Shown: piece by piece, positions 29,700-38,955 of the stretch
Layout of the letters: every line of letters begins with the position of its first letter
Position numbering within the stretch: the stretch's first letter is position 1
DNA from: Candidatus Omnitrophota bacterium
GTDB lineage: Bacteria; Omnitrophota; Gorgyraeia; 2-01-FULL-45-10
Length of the DNA: 64,000 bases
NCBI GenBank assembly: GCA_030695905.1
Contig: JAUYOL010000001.1
Span: forward strand, 66,023 to 130,022
Direction: 5' to 3'
The notes under the pieces: model-generated
The model's input: the letters and a program-made list of their open reading frames with translations, nothing else
Database searches by the model: none
What the model was told of the DNA's origin: nothing
Program-made: the position numbers and the translations under genes

Positions 29700-29824
29700 A
29701 GACCTACGCTGTCGGCGATATTCATGGCGCCTACAAGGCATTGATACAGTGTTTTAATACTAAGAAATACTGGCAGTCGGATTTGTCGCCGGAATTATAT
29801 GGCGGGACACTGGACAGATTATAA
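29696..29824 (+). pseudogene. 42-aa N-terminal fragment of an ApaH/PPP-like metallophosphatase
   Basis: GTG-initiated frame VKTYAVGDIHGAYKAL... carries the GDxHG motif, then stops after 42 codons. Confidence 0.3.
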
Positions 29825-30377
29825 GGGCCAAGTCGCGAGAGTTGATGATTTATTTTGGACCTCAAATTACATGAAAAAAGCCATAATCGTTAATGATAAA
29901 ATGCAGAAGAATTTCCGCTATTATCTGACAGAGCCTGCCGGTAAAAATTTCCACCCGGAATTTAAGCCGGAGCTCACCCCGAAAGAAATGCTGGAGATGG
30001 GAGTCTTTGGCGGGAAATACATGACCGATTGTGGAAAGGAATTTCCCGGATCATGGTACAAAAAAGCAAAGCTATGTCCCGAAAAACATGACGCAAACTT
30101 AAATTATTTCGGCATAAACGCGAGCCAGCCTCTTTCTATTTGGAGAAAGAAAGGATGGATATATCCGGATGATCCCCGCGGATGGTTCCAGTGGTATTGC
30201 CGTTATTATATGGGGCGGCGCCTTCCGGGAGAGGATGAGCGCCAGATAAAGAGATGGAAGGCGATAAAAAGACATATCGCTCAAGTTAAGAAAAACTGTA
30301 AGAAACAAGACGCCGCCTGCAGGCCTAGGCAACGGCAGGCAATCCTTCATTGGGCGTATGACAGTAGAACATTATAA
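29799..30377 (+). CDS. hypothetical protein (Trp/Tyr-rich conserved C-terminal GWFQWYCRYYMGRR)
   Basis: ORF only. Start uncertain. Confidence 0.4.
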   Translation: MAGHWTDYKGQVARVDDLFWTSNYMKKAIIVNDKMQKNFRYYLTEPAGKNFHPEFKPELTPKEMLEMGVFGGKYMTDCGKEFPGSWYKKAKLCPEKHDANLNYFGINASQPLSIWRKKGWIYPDDPRGWFQWYCRYYMGRRLPGEDERQIKRWKAIKRHIAQVKKNCKKQDAACRPRQRQAILHWAYDSRTL

Positions 30378-30550
30378 AGGAGCTAAAGGATATGAGTAAA
30401 AAAGACAAAAAGATCATTCTTATAGCCCAGCGCAACCCTCAGGCCGCCTTCAGCGCGTTGGACGGACCAGGAGCCGGGATGGGGCGAAGAAGATCACCTG
30501 ATGAATGAGTAGAGATTTTTGGGAAAATCTGCTATAATCTCGTGAAACAC

Positions 30551-30588
30551 GCTGGCGTAGCTCAGTTGGTAGAGCAGCGGTTTCGTAA
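30551..30588 (+). mobile_element. attL: 38-nt 5' fragment of tRNA-Thr(CGT), identical to 53618-53655, ending at anticodon loop
   Basis: gctggcgtagctcagttggtagagcagcggtttcgtaa is identical to the 5' part of the intact tRNA-Thr. It is preceded by a TATAAT (30531-30536) that fits the original tRNA promoter. Confidence 0.7.
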
Positions 30589-31181
30589 TGGAAACAGGGC
30601 AGTTTTCGTAACCCATTGATATTGTTGCAACTGCGTTATTTCACTGTGAGTTACGTCGCAATTCGAGTTGTAGCAATCTGGACGAATCTGTGTCATTCTG
30701 GCTATGTTTTTATCACAAATTTAGCACAACGACCCCGCGTCGTCATTGCGAGGCCCGAAGGGCCGAAGCAATCTCAATCGCGGTGTAATGATCGCAGTAG
30801 CCGACGTTTTAACGTCGGCTACGTCTGTATAGATGCATAGAAGTGGGGTTATTTGCGTCCACGTCGCGTCTGGCGGGCATGATCAGGTCAGTCTATGCTT
30901 ACGGGTCCTTGGAAGGGGGGTCGGGGTGCGGGTCGGGCGAGGCGCAGGTTGTCAGTGATTTCAGGTTTGAAAAAGCGTGTCCATGTCAATTCATCTAAGG
31001 ACACACTATCAGCATAGGTGATTTGGGACGTCCTTTCCGTCGGAGAATGGCAATATTTTGCGTCAAAAATTATCATCGCCGGGAGGGCCAAAACAGCCGT
31101 TTTTAGGGACATTTTGCTGATTTTTAAGAAATTTTTTATTACAAGTTTGTTATCATTTGTAACAAAGCGTATAGGTGATTT

Positions 31182-31415
31182 ATGGAAAACGGTTACTACG
31201 AGACATATACAGTGCGAGAGATCGCCAAGCAGTTTAAAGTCCATCCCTACACTGTCCGAAGACTGGCAAGGCGGAAGAAGATCCCCGCCTTTCGATTCGG
31301 CGGCCAGTGGAGATTTCATAAACTCGACATCGAGCGATGGGCAGCGTCCTACCCCATAAGTATCAAACCTCTGCCGGTGTTCTCACCACTCGATATAAGC
31401 AGCCATGTTCGCTAA
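31182..31415 (+). CDS. excisionase/AlpA-like HTH DNA-binding protein
   Basis: TVREIAKQFKVHPYTVRRLARRKKIPAFRFGGQWRF follows the excisionase-family HTH_17 pattern. Confidence 0.6.
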   Translation: MENGYYETYTVREIAKQFKVHPYTVRRLARRKKIPAFRFGGQWRFHKLDIERWAASYPISIKPLPVFSPLDISSHVR

Positions 31416-31443
31416 AAATAGATTAATGTTCACTCAGCCCTTA

Positions 31444-31468
31444 ATGTTCACTAAACAGTGAACATTAG
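31444..31468. promoter_or_regulatory. palindromic operator ATGTTCAC-taaacag-GTGAACAT
   Basis: Perfect 8-bp inverted repeat. Related to the palindromes at 28025-28078. Confidence 0.45.
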
Positions 31469-31634
31469 GGTGTGGGCGTCTTGTCGCAAAAACTGTATAC
31501 TTTTTGCGACATAAATTAAGGCCATGTCCCGCTATCTTTAATTCTGCATGAATGTTACATATAATGTAATAAAAACGACAGGAGATTTTCGTTGACTTAC
31601 CCTGTGATTCGTGCTATAAAGTGCAATAACAGCA

Positions 31635-31853
31635 ATGGAGGATAAAATGTCAAAGATAGGAGCCTCACACATGGATATCGTAAAAAAATTAGAGCTGTAT
31701 CGCTTGGAGAATAAGATTACCCAGCAGGCATTGGCTAAAGAGCTTGACGTAGCCTTTTCTACTGTCAGTAGGTGGTTTAACGGCAAGACAGTTCCCAGCA
31801 AAATTCAGCAGTATCATGTAGAAAAGTATCTGAGGAAGAAGGTGGGAGTATGA
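31635..31853 (+). CDS. XRE-family HTH regulator
   Basis: ITQQALAKELDVAFSTVSRWFNG HTH_3 motif. Confidence 0.7.
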   Translation: MEDKMSKIGASHMDIVKKLELYRLENKITQQALAKELDVAFSTVSRWFNGKTVPSKIQQYHVEKYLRKKVGV

Positions 31854-33205
31854 AATTCACAGAAAGCGAAATCGTAGAGCTCAAAACATCGACATCAGAG
31901 CTCAAAGAGGCGATCATTTCATTGGGGGCCATGTTGAACAAGCATGGCAAGGGCACAGTTTATTTCGGCATCGGTGATAATGGTGCCGTTTTGGGACAAC
32001 AGATCGGCAAATCAACCATAAAAGATGTTTCAAAAGCCATCAGTGATTGGATTGAACCCAAGGTTTATCCTGATATTCAGGCCAAGAAAATACAAGGCAA
32101 GGACTGTATTGTTGTTAAAGCCAGCGGACATGATGTCGTGTATTCGGCCCGCGGACGATACTATTTACGGATGGGAGAGGAAGATAAGAAACTTTCGGTT
32201 GATGAACTAAGGCATCTGGTTGAAAAGAAAAATAACTATGCCTATTCATGGGGTGCTGAGCTTTCTAATTTTTCACTATCAAAGGTTAGCGTTGCGACGG
32301 TTAAGAAGTTTGTTGAGAAAGGCCGCAAGGCCGGACGTATTGAATACGCTTATGATTCGGCGCATAACGTCCTTAATAAAATTCACCTACTCAAGGGTAA
32401 AAGATTGCTTAACGCGGGTCGGGCGCTATTTTGTGAAGACAGTGGTGTTGAAGTTCAAGCGGCTGTCTTTGCCGGTAAAGATAAAACGACATTCGTCGAT
32501 ATTCAGAGTTTTCGCGGGCCTCTTTTTAGTTTGATCGAACGGTGCGAAGTTTACGCCAAAGAACACATTAACTGGCGCGCTGATCTTTCCGGTAGCACAA
32601 GGGTGGAAATCCCGGAGGTTCCCGTCCGTGCTATGAAGGAAGCTATTATCAATTCCCTTTGCCACAGAGATTTTTATAATCCTAAAACGAACGAGATCGC
32701 TATTTATCGAGATAGGATCGAAATTTATAACCCCGGCCAGTTTCCTTTTGACCATGATCCGGACGAGTTCATCGCAGGTCATGGTAAAAGCTATCCCAGA
32801 AACCCACTGATTGCGGAAGCTTTTTATCTGGCTAAGGATATTGAGCGGTGGGGGTCAGGCTTGCGGCGTATCAAGGAAGAATGCGATGCCGCGGGTGTGA
32901 AGGTTGCCTTCGAGAAGGTATCTACCGGCTTTCAGGTGACGTTTTATCGGTCAGAAGCCGACACTACCCCTCAAAAGGGCGGAGAAACTGGGGAAAAAAC
33001 TAGGGTAGAAACTAGGGTAGAAACTAGGGTAGAAATAATCAAAATTATGAAAGAAAATCCTCGCGTTACAGTAGGAGATATTGCGAAGGCGACGGGATTG
33101 ACCATAAAAGGCGTTGAGTGGAACATCAAGGATCTTAAGCAGAAAGGCTTGATTAAGCGTATCGGACCTAATAAGGGCGGCCATTGGGAAGTGGTGACGC
33201 AATAA
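31850..33205 (+). CDS. AlbA_2 (Schlafen-like divergent AAA)/HATPase_c_4 protein with C-terminal wHTH
   Basis: N-terminal ESEIVELKTS...GKGTVYFGIGDNG pattern of the AlbA_2 domain. C-terminal HTH. Internal TRVE x3 repeat. Confidence 0.55.
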   Translation: MKFTESEIVELKTSTSELKEAIISLGAMLNKHGKGTVYFGIGDNGAVLGQQIGKSTIKDVSKAISDWIEPKVYPDIQAKKIQGKDCIVVKASGHDVVYSARGRYYLRMGEEDKKLSVDELRHLVEKKNNYAYSWGAELSNFSLSKVSVATVKKFVEKGRKAGRIEYAYDSAHNVLNKIHLLKGKRLLNAGRALFCEDSGVEVQAAVFAGKDKTTFVDIQSFRGPLFSLIERCEVYAKEHINWRADLSGSTRVEIPEVPVRAMKEAIINSLCHRDFYNPKTNEIAIYRDRIEIYNPGQFPFDHDPDEFIAGHGKSYPRNPLIAEAFYLAKDIERWGSGLRRIKEECDAAGVKVAFEKVSTGFQVTFYRSEADTTPQKGGETGEKTRVETRVETRVEIIKIMKENPRVTVGDIAKATGLTIKGVEWNIKDLKQKGLIKRIGPNKGGHWEVVTQ

Positions 33206-33450
33206 TGATTCTCGTCCTCGCAGGGAATAAAGATGAATTCGAAAAGTTTTTGGAGAACCACGAGCCTAAAAACATTTTTAGATTTATCAGCAATGATTCG
33301 GATTATGCAGGGCATAAGAAATGCGATCTACTTCGTATCGGGTCTTACGAAGACAATCCATTGTGGAAAGACATGGATAAGCGGAAAATGTTAAATAAAT
33401 ATTGCTGTTCGAACGAAATTGACATAAATGATGCTTATTTGCGTAGATAA
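33205..33450 (+). CDS. hypothetical protein
   Basis: ORF starting on the ATGA overlap with the upstream stop. Confidence 0.35.
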   Translation: MILVLAGNKDEFEKFLENHEPKNIFRFISNDSDYAGHKKCDLLRIGSYEDNPLWKDMDKRKMLNKYCCSNEIDINDAYLRR

Positions 33451-33615
33451 TGCGCAATTAGTGCACGATTAGTTAATGAGCCATAAATGAGCCAAATGCG
33501 CCAAAGGGGCGCTAATGGGGCGAAAGGGGCAGTAAGGTTCGATTGCACGATTTGGACGAATAGTGCACGATTGGCCTAAGGGGACATAAAGGGGACAAAT
33601 GAGCAGGGTTTTATT

Positions 33616-34161
33616 ATGAACTATTGGTGGACATCAGATTATCACTTTTCGCATTTTAATATCATTCGCTATTGCAAGAGGCCTTTTGAGACGGCTGAAG
33701 AAATGAATGAAACGATCATCCGCAAGCATAATGAGCGGGTTAAGCCGGACGATACAGTTTTCTTTCTGGGCGACTTCATCTTTAAAGGTGGGAAAGAAGG
33801 TGGTGTAGAGAAATACCGGCAGTTCGAAAAGAGGCTGAATGGTAAGTTTATTTTCATCAAAGGCAACCACGACCGGCATAACAGCCTCAATACGATTATC
33901 TCGAAGATGTATATTCATTATGGCTCTAAGGATATTTGCATGACGCACCGGGCCGAGGACGCGGACCCGAATGTGCCATGGAATTTCTGCGGGCACGTTC
34001 ATGAGAAGTATAAGGTGAAACGTTTGAACGAGAATTCCATAATAGTGAACCTTTGTGTTGAGGTGTGGGATTATTATCCGGTCGCGTTTAAACAGATCAG
34101 TTCCGTGATTGCAACATTCATAAAGGAAGAGAAAAATGGTGTGTCGCAGGATCAGATATAA
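33616..34161 (+). CDS. metallophosphoesterase
   Basis: SDYHFSH, GDFIF and GNHD motifs. Confidence 0.6.
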   Translation: MNYWWTSDYHFSHFNIIRYCKRPFETAEEMNETIIRKHNERVKPDDTVFFLGDFIFKGGKEGGVEKYRQFEKRLNGKFIFIKGNHDRHNSLNTIISKMYIHYGSKDICMTHRAEDADPNVPWNFCGHVHEKYKVKRLNENSIIVNLCVEVWDYYPVAFKQISSVIATFIKEEKNGVSQDQI

Positions 34162-34207
34162 ATTGGAGTAGATTTTATGGATACAAAAATAATGAGGAGT
34201 ATTTCTT

Positions 34208-34402
34208 ATGCCAATGATTAAATGTACTGATGAACAAGCTCATTTAATAGAATTGTGTTTGGAAACCATGTGCAGAGCTACCATGGGTCAACTAAGGCAT
34301 GTTATCGAATCTATGGAGCAGATTAGAGGAAAATTATTTGAGGTGAAATGTCCGGATGGAGAAGTGCGAAGTTTTTATTCTCTTGGAAGCTATATAGAAT
34401 AA
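34208..34402 (+). CDS. hypothetical small protein
   Basis: ORF only. Confidence 0.3.
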   Translation: MPMIKCTDEQAHLIELCLETMCRATMGQLRHVIESMEQIRGKLFEVKCPDGEVRSFYSLGSYIE

Positions 34403-34735
34403 ATGATAAAACCCATCCTTTTTCCGGAGTTATCCTCTAATGAAAGTTATGGAGTTGGGCAGAAGGCCATTGGGAAAGGGCAGGTATTGTACGAAATGGA
34501 AAAGGTTTTGCAAAATTACCGTGCCAAAAAGGACAATCATCCTAAAAATTCAGTTACTTGGCATGAGCCTTTACACTACAGTAAAAAACCATTGATTGAG
34601 GTTATGAAATTACAGAATGAGATGAAGCAGGTTAAGAAGAAGAAAATGGTTCAAAGGGCTCACAATGCGTTCAAAAGGGGCCCGGCGAGCGTAGTTAAAC
34701 GAAAGGGTTATCGTAAATTGAAGGGCAACCATTAA
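34403..34735 (+). CDS. hypothetical basic protein
   Basis: ORF only. Confidence 0.3.
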   Translation: MIKPILFPELSSNESYGVGQKAIGKGQVLYEMEKVLQNYRAKKDNHPKNSVTWHEPLHYSKKPLIEVMKLQNEMKQVKKKKMVQRAHNAFKRGPASVVKRKGYRKLKGNH

Positions 34736-34912
34736 GGATTTCTTAATAGTTCAAATTAGCCAATAACCTGTTGGCCAAATGGAAGCAAGGCAAGAGATAA
34801 TATGCGTTACTTGTTCTATATCAAAACAAGTAAAACTTAACAAGTTGATTTACATAGAGTTACAGCATTTTTACTTGGTTTTTCGTTGAAGTGAAGAACA
34901 TAGAAGAGAAGA

Positions 34913-35167
34913 ATGGCAAAAGAAGCATTGGAGTTATGGCAGGCCCTACCGACGGATACAAGATGCATGCTTTTGAGCAACGTCTGGTGCGGTGAGTGCC
35001 GGAAGGCGGTGACCATTGTCGATTATCATGCGGAGTTAAAGGGCGTAGTGGTCCTGCAGGGCTTCTGCGGCACCTGCGGGCATAAGGTAGCTCGGGTCAT
35101 CGACGATCTGGCCCCGGCTCCAAAGAGGACGAAGCAAGGCAATAAGAGAAAATACAGAAAATATTAG
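34913..35167 (+). CDS. small zinc-ribbon-like protein
   Basis: CGEC ... CGTCGH paired Cys motifs. Confidence 0.4.
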   Translation: MAKEALELWQALPTDTRCMLLSNVWCGECRKAVTIVDYHAELKGVVVLQGFCGTCGHKVARVIDDLAPAPKRTKQGNKRKYRKY

Positions 35168-35189
35168 ATGCTTACAGAAAGGGCCAGGC

Positions 35190-36725
35190 ATGGCAAAAAA
35201 TAAGAATACAAATGGTGATTTGAACTTTGAGCCGAAGCTGTGGCAGACGGCTGATAAGATGCGTAATAACATGGACGCTGCCGAATATAAGCATGTGGTG
35301 TTAGGGCTTATCTTCCTTAAATATATATCAGATGCCTTCAGTGAGCTTTATCAGAAATTAGCTGGTACCAAAGGCGCGGACGCTGAGGATCCGGACGAAT
35401 ACAGGGCCGAAAACGTATTCTACGTCCCAAAAAAGGCCCGATGGGATTATCTGCAGAAAAACGCGAAACAGCCCACCATTGGCAAGTTTATTGATGATGC
35501 AATGGATGAAATCGAGAAGGATAACTCCACCCTGAAAGGCGTTCTTCCTAAAAACTATGCCCGGCCGGCCCTTGATAAACAGCGTCTCGGAGAACTCATC
35601 GACCTTATTGGGACAATTGGCCTTGGTGACAAAGAAAATCGAAGCAAGGACATCTTGGGCCGTGTATATGAGTATTTCCTGGGCCAATTTGCGGATGCGG
35701 AGGGCAAGAAAGGCGGACAATTCTATACTCCGCGCAGTATAGTGCGCTTGCTTGTCGAAATGCTCGAGCCATATAAAGGTCGGGTATTTGATCCATGCTG
35801 CGGATCGGGCGGCATGTTCGTCCAAGGCGAGAAATTTGTGCAGATACATGGTGGCCGAATTGGCGATATTGCCGTATATGGACAGGAATCAAACCAAACA
35901 ACATGGCGTCTTTGCAAAATGAATCTTGCTATTCGTGGTATCGATGCCAACATCGCATGGAACAACGAAGGCAGCTTCTTAAATGACGCTCACAAGGACC
36001 TTAAGGCCGACTTTGTCATCGCTAACCCTCCGTTTAACGACAGCGACTGGAAGGGCGAACTTTTACGCGAAGATATTCGCTGGAAATATGGGACGCCACC
36101 TATGGGCAATGCAAACTTTGCATGGGTTCAACACTTCATTCATCATCTTTCACCCACAGGGCTGGCTGGCTTTGTCTTGGCTAATGGCGCTATGTCGTCT
36201 AACGCTTCAGGTGAAGGCGATATCAGAAAAAGTATCATAGAAGCAGATATCGTGGATTGTATGGTGGCCCTACCCTCACAGCTTTTCTATAACACTATGA
36301 TACCGGCATGTCTTTGGTTTATCGTGCGTGATAAGAAAAATCACAAATTCAGAGATCGACGCGGTGAAACACTTTTTATCGACGCTCGCAATATGGGCGC
36401 CATGATCGACCGCAGGCACCGCGAACTTACGGACGACGATATTACCAAGGTCGTTGGCACATATCATGCTTGGCGTAGCAAGGGTGGTAAATATAAGGAT
36501 ATAGCCGGATTCTGCAAATCAGCGAAACTATCAGAAATTCAAAAGCATGGCCACATTCTCACCCCGGGCCGTTATGTGGGGGCTGCTGAGGTTGCGGAGG
36601 ACGATGAGGTATTTGAAAATAAGATGAAGCGTCTCACGGGTGAGTTGTCAGAGCAGTTTAAACAATCGGATAAGCTTGAGGCAGAGATCAAAAAGAATCT
36701 CAAAGGCTTAGGATATGAAATTTGA
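35190..36725 (+). CDS. hsdM: type I restriction-modification N6-adenine methyltransferase subunit
   Basis: HsdM N-terminal domain. Catalytic NPPFN. SAM motif [10 protein letters not shown]. Confidence 0.9.
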   Translation: MAKNKNTNGDLNFEPKLWQTADKMRNNMDAAEYKHVVLGLIFLKYISDAFSELYQKLAGTKGADAEDPDEYRAENVFYVPKKARWDYLQKNAKQPTIGKFIDDAMDEIEKDNSTLKGVLPKNYARPALDKQRLGELIDLIGTIGLGDKENRSKDILGRVYEYFLGQFADAEGKKGGQFYTPRSIVRLLVEMLEPYKGRVFDPCCGSGGMFVQGEKFVQIHGGRIGDIAVYGQESNQTTWRLCKMNLAIRGIDANIAWNNEGSFLNDAHKDLKADFVIANPPFNDSDWKGELLREDIRWKYGTPPMGNANFAWVQHFIHHLSPTGLAGFVLANGAMSSNASGEGDIRKSIIEADIVDCMVALPSQLFYNTMIPACLWFIVRDKKNHKFRDRRGETLFIDARNMGAMIDRRHRELTDDDITKVVGTYHAWRSKGGKYKDIAGFCKSAKLSEIQKHGHILTPGRYVGAAEVAEDDEVFENKMKRLTGELSEQFKQSDKLEAEIKKNLKGLGYEI

Positions 36726-36755
36726 AAGCTAGAGAATATTATTCCGATAGTAAAA

Positions 36756-37619
36756 ATGGCGGTTTTTATGTATGCATATAATTTTAAACCGAAACAGAAA
36801 GCGATAAATTTTAAAGAAATTTTTGTTGTAATGCCATTCGGAAGCAAATACGACGATATTTATGAGAAATTGATTGTGCCAGCAACTGAAAAAGCGAATG
36901 GCATACTGTCTTATAGTGGTAGTCAGCGGTTGCTTCCCTACAGATCCAAAGATGATATACGAACAACTTCTGGCTGGATTAATGTATTAGAGCATTTATT
37001 AACGGCGCAAATAGTTCTCGGGGTCCTTACTGATAATAATCCTAATGTGTTTTATGAGCTGGGGATAGCGCACGCTACAGAACCAATTACTCGTCAAATC
37101 CTCGTAGCGCCGAAACAATATGAGCGGCAATTTGATTTAAAAGATCTTATTTACTACGAGTATGAAGATGAGCTTGATAAAAGTATTGACCCATTGGCTA
37201 GTCGAATAGCAGACGCTATCAAAAGCTACAACATTGATGAGGAAAAAAAGATTAACCAAGCACGAATGCTCATCGGTCCTTATGAATTTGAGGTGCTGAT
37301 GACGCAGGGAAGCAAAAGGAACTTTGTATTGCATACATCAGTAAAAGGCCGTGAAGACTACGAGAAAGAACTTTTGGCAAGGTTGGGCGAAGAACATTTA
37401 AAAGGAGCGTTTGAAAGGCATGTTCCTGCAATAGCCAATCTTTGTAGCCACGGGTTTCTTGGCCTTCACACATCTTCCGAACGAAAGGACGATAAAACCG
37501 TTGTTCATTTTTCTTATCATTGGACAGAGTTAGGCAATAGCTTACTTTATTTTATGAAATTAATACCGATTGAGGAATTGAGAGCTAGGCGCGATGGAAT
37601 GCCAGCATATTTTGATTAA
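36756..37619 (+). CDS. hypothetical protein inserted between hsdM and hsdS; N-terminal TIR-like / nucleoside 2-deoxyribosyltransferase-like pattern
   Basis: IFVVMPFGSKYDDIY ... VLGVLTDNNPNVFYELGIAHA resembles the NDT/TIR-like (SLOG-fold) signature. Weak assignment. Confidence 0.45.
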   Translation: MAVFMYAYNFKPKQKAINFKEIFVVMPFGSKYDDIYEKLIVPATEKANGILSYSGSQRLLPYRSKDDIRTTSGWINVLEHLLTAQIVLGVLTDNNPNVFYELGIAHATEPITRQILVAPKQYERQFDLKDLIYYEYEDELDKSIDPLASRIADAIKSYNIDEEKKINQARMLIGPYEFEVLMTQGSKRNFVLHTSVKGREDYEKELLARLGEEHLKGAFERHVPAIANLCSHGFLGLHTSSERKDDKTVVHFSYHWTELGNSLLYFMKLIPIEELRARRDGMPAYFD

Positions 37620-37623
37620 ATCT

Positions 37624-38937
37624 ATGAACAAAAATTTCAAACAAACAAAACTTTGTGAAACTCCTGAAGGGTGGGATATCCAAGCCATTGCGGATTTACC
37701 CATTGAGATTATTGATGGTGATCGAGGGCTAAATTATCCTAAGAAAGATGAATTTAAAAAACAGGGGTTTTGTCTATTTCTTAGTACTAAAAATGTCCCA
37801 GGAGAACATTTTGATTTTACCGAAGCTGATTTTATTAACGAGGAACGGGATCGTCTCTTACGAAAAGGTAAATTAAAAAAAGAAGATATTGTCCTTACAA
37901 CGCGTGGCACAGTAGGTAATATTGCGTATTATCATGAACAAATTCCTTACGAACACATTCGTATAAATTCTGGAATGGTTATAATTCGCAATATGGGAGA
38001 CAAATTTGATACGGGTTATCTATGCCATCTTTTGAAAAGCCCTATAGTGAAACAGCAATACCTTAGCTTTGCTACTGGATCGGCACAACCACAGTTGCCG
38101 ATCAGGGATATTAACAAAATTAGACTAACAGTACCTTCTATTTTAGAACAGCGTGCCATTGCCAAAATCCTTTCTGACCTTGATGATAAAATAGAACTCA
38201 ATCACCGGATGAACAAAACCCTCGAATCCATCGTGCAGGCGACTTTTAAGCGGTGGTTTGTAGATTTTGAATTTCCAGATGAACATGGTAATCCATATAA
38301 AACATCTGGTGGAAAGATGACTGACTCTGATCTCGATGAGATCCCTGATGGATGGACTGTTAAGGAAATATCTGATTGCGGAGAAATTGTATGTGGAAAA
38401 ACACCTCCGACGGTTGACAAAGACAATTATGGCAATGATTTATTCTTTATAACCATACCAGATATGCGCGGGCAAGCGTTTGTAATAAAAACGGAACGAA
38501 AACTCTCTAAAAAAGGAGCTTCGACGCAAAATAAAAAAGAATTGCCGGCTCTAACTATTTGCGTAAGTTGCATTGCGACCCCCGGCCTAGTTTCCTTGAC
38601 CAGCGCCCCCAGCCACACAAACCAACAAATTAACAGCATTGTTTGTAATAAAAATATTAGCCCATTTTTTATGTACTACACAATGCTTTATAAGAGTGAA
38701 GAAATAAAGACTATGGGCCTTGGTGGTACCGCAACGCTAAATCTTAATACGGGAAATTTTGCGCGCATTAAAATAGTCGTACCGGAAAAGACAATCACGG
38801 ACGCTTTTCATAAAACAGCAACACCTTTTATGGAAAAGATTTTGTCTAATTTGAAAGAAAATGAAAGTCTTTACATTATTCGCGGTTCTCTTTTACCAAG
38901 GTTAATGTCAGGAAAAATAAGGCTAGGTAAAAATTAA
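37624..38937 (+). CDS. hsdS: type I restriction-modification specificity subunit
   Basis: Two target-recognition domains separated by conserved coiled regions. Possible alternative start at 37594. Confidence 0.75.
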   Translation: MNKNFKQTKLCETPEGWDIQAIADLPIEIIDGDRGLNYPKKDEFKKQGFCLFLSTKNVPGEHFDFTEADFINEERDRLLRKGKLKKEDIVLTTRGTVGNIAYYHEQIPYEHIRINSGMVIIRNMGDKFDTGYLCHLLKSPIVKQQYLSFATGSAQPQLPIRDINKIRLTVPSILEQRAIAKILSDLDDKIELNHRMNKTLESIVQATFKRWFVDFEFPDEHGNPYKTSGGKMTDSDLDEIPDGWTVKEISDCGEIVCGKTPPTVDKDNYGNDLFFITIPDMRGQAFVIKTERKLSKKGASTQNKKELPALTICVSCIATPGLVSLTSAPSHTNQQINSIVCNKNISPFFMYYTMLYKSEEIKTMGLGGTATLNLNTGNFARIKIVVPEKTITDAFHKTATPFMEKILSNLKENESLYIIRGSLLPRLMSGKIRLGKN

Positions 38938-38955
38938 TTTTATAGGAGGCGGCAA

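Noticed and set aside
30551-30640. tRNA-Thr with a group I intron in the anticodon loop
   Set aside because: The 5' tRNA half ends at the anticodon loop, but no matching 3' half (accgcaggtcgatggttcaactccattcgccagc) occurs in the following 600 bp. The intact copy sits at 53618 next to an integrase. The att-site duplication explanation fits better.
30888-31319. 143-aa minus-strand ORF across the island left-end spacer
   Set aside because: It overlaps the G-rich repeat and the xis-like gene on the opposite strand. Lacks a ribosome-binding site. Composition is atypical.
32995-33035. Possible CRISPR-like or tandem repeat array
   Set aside because: Only three 12-bp units, in frame inside a coding sequence, with no spacers. 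It is a simple coding tandem repeat.
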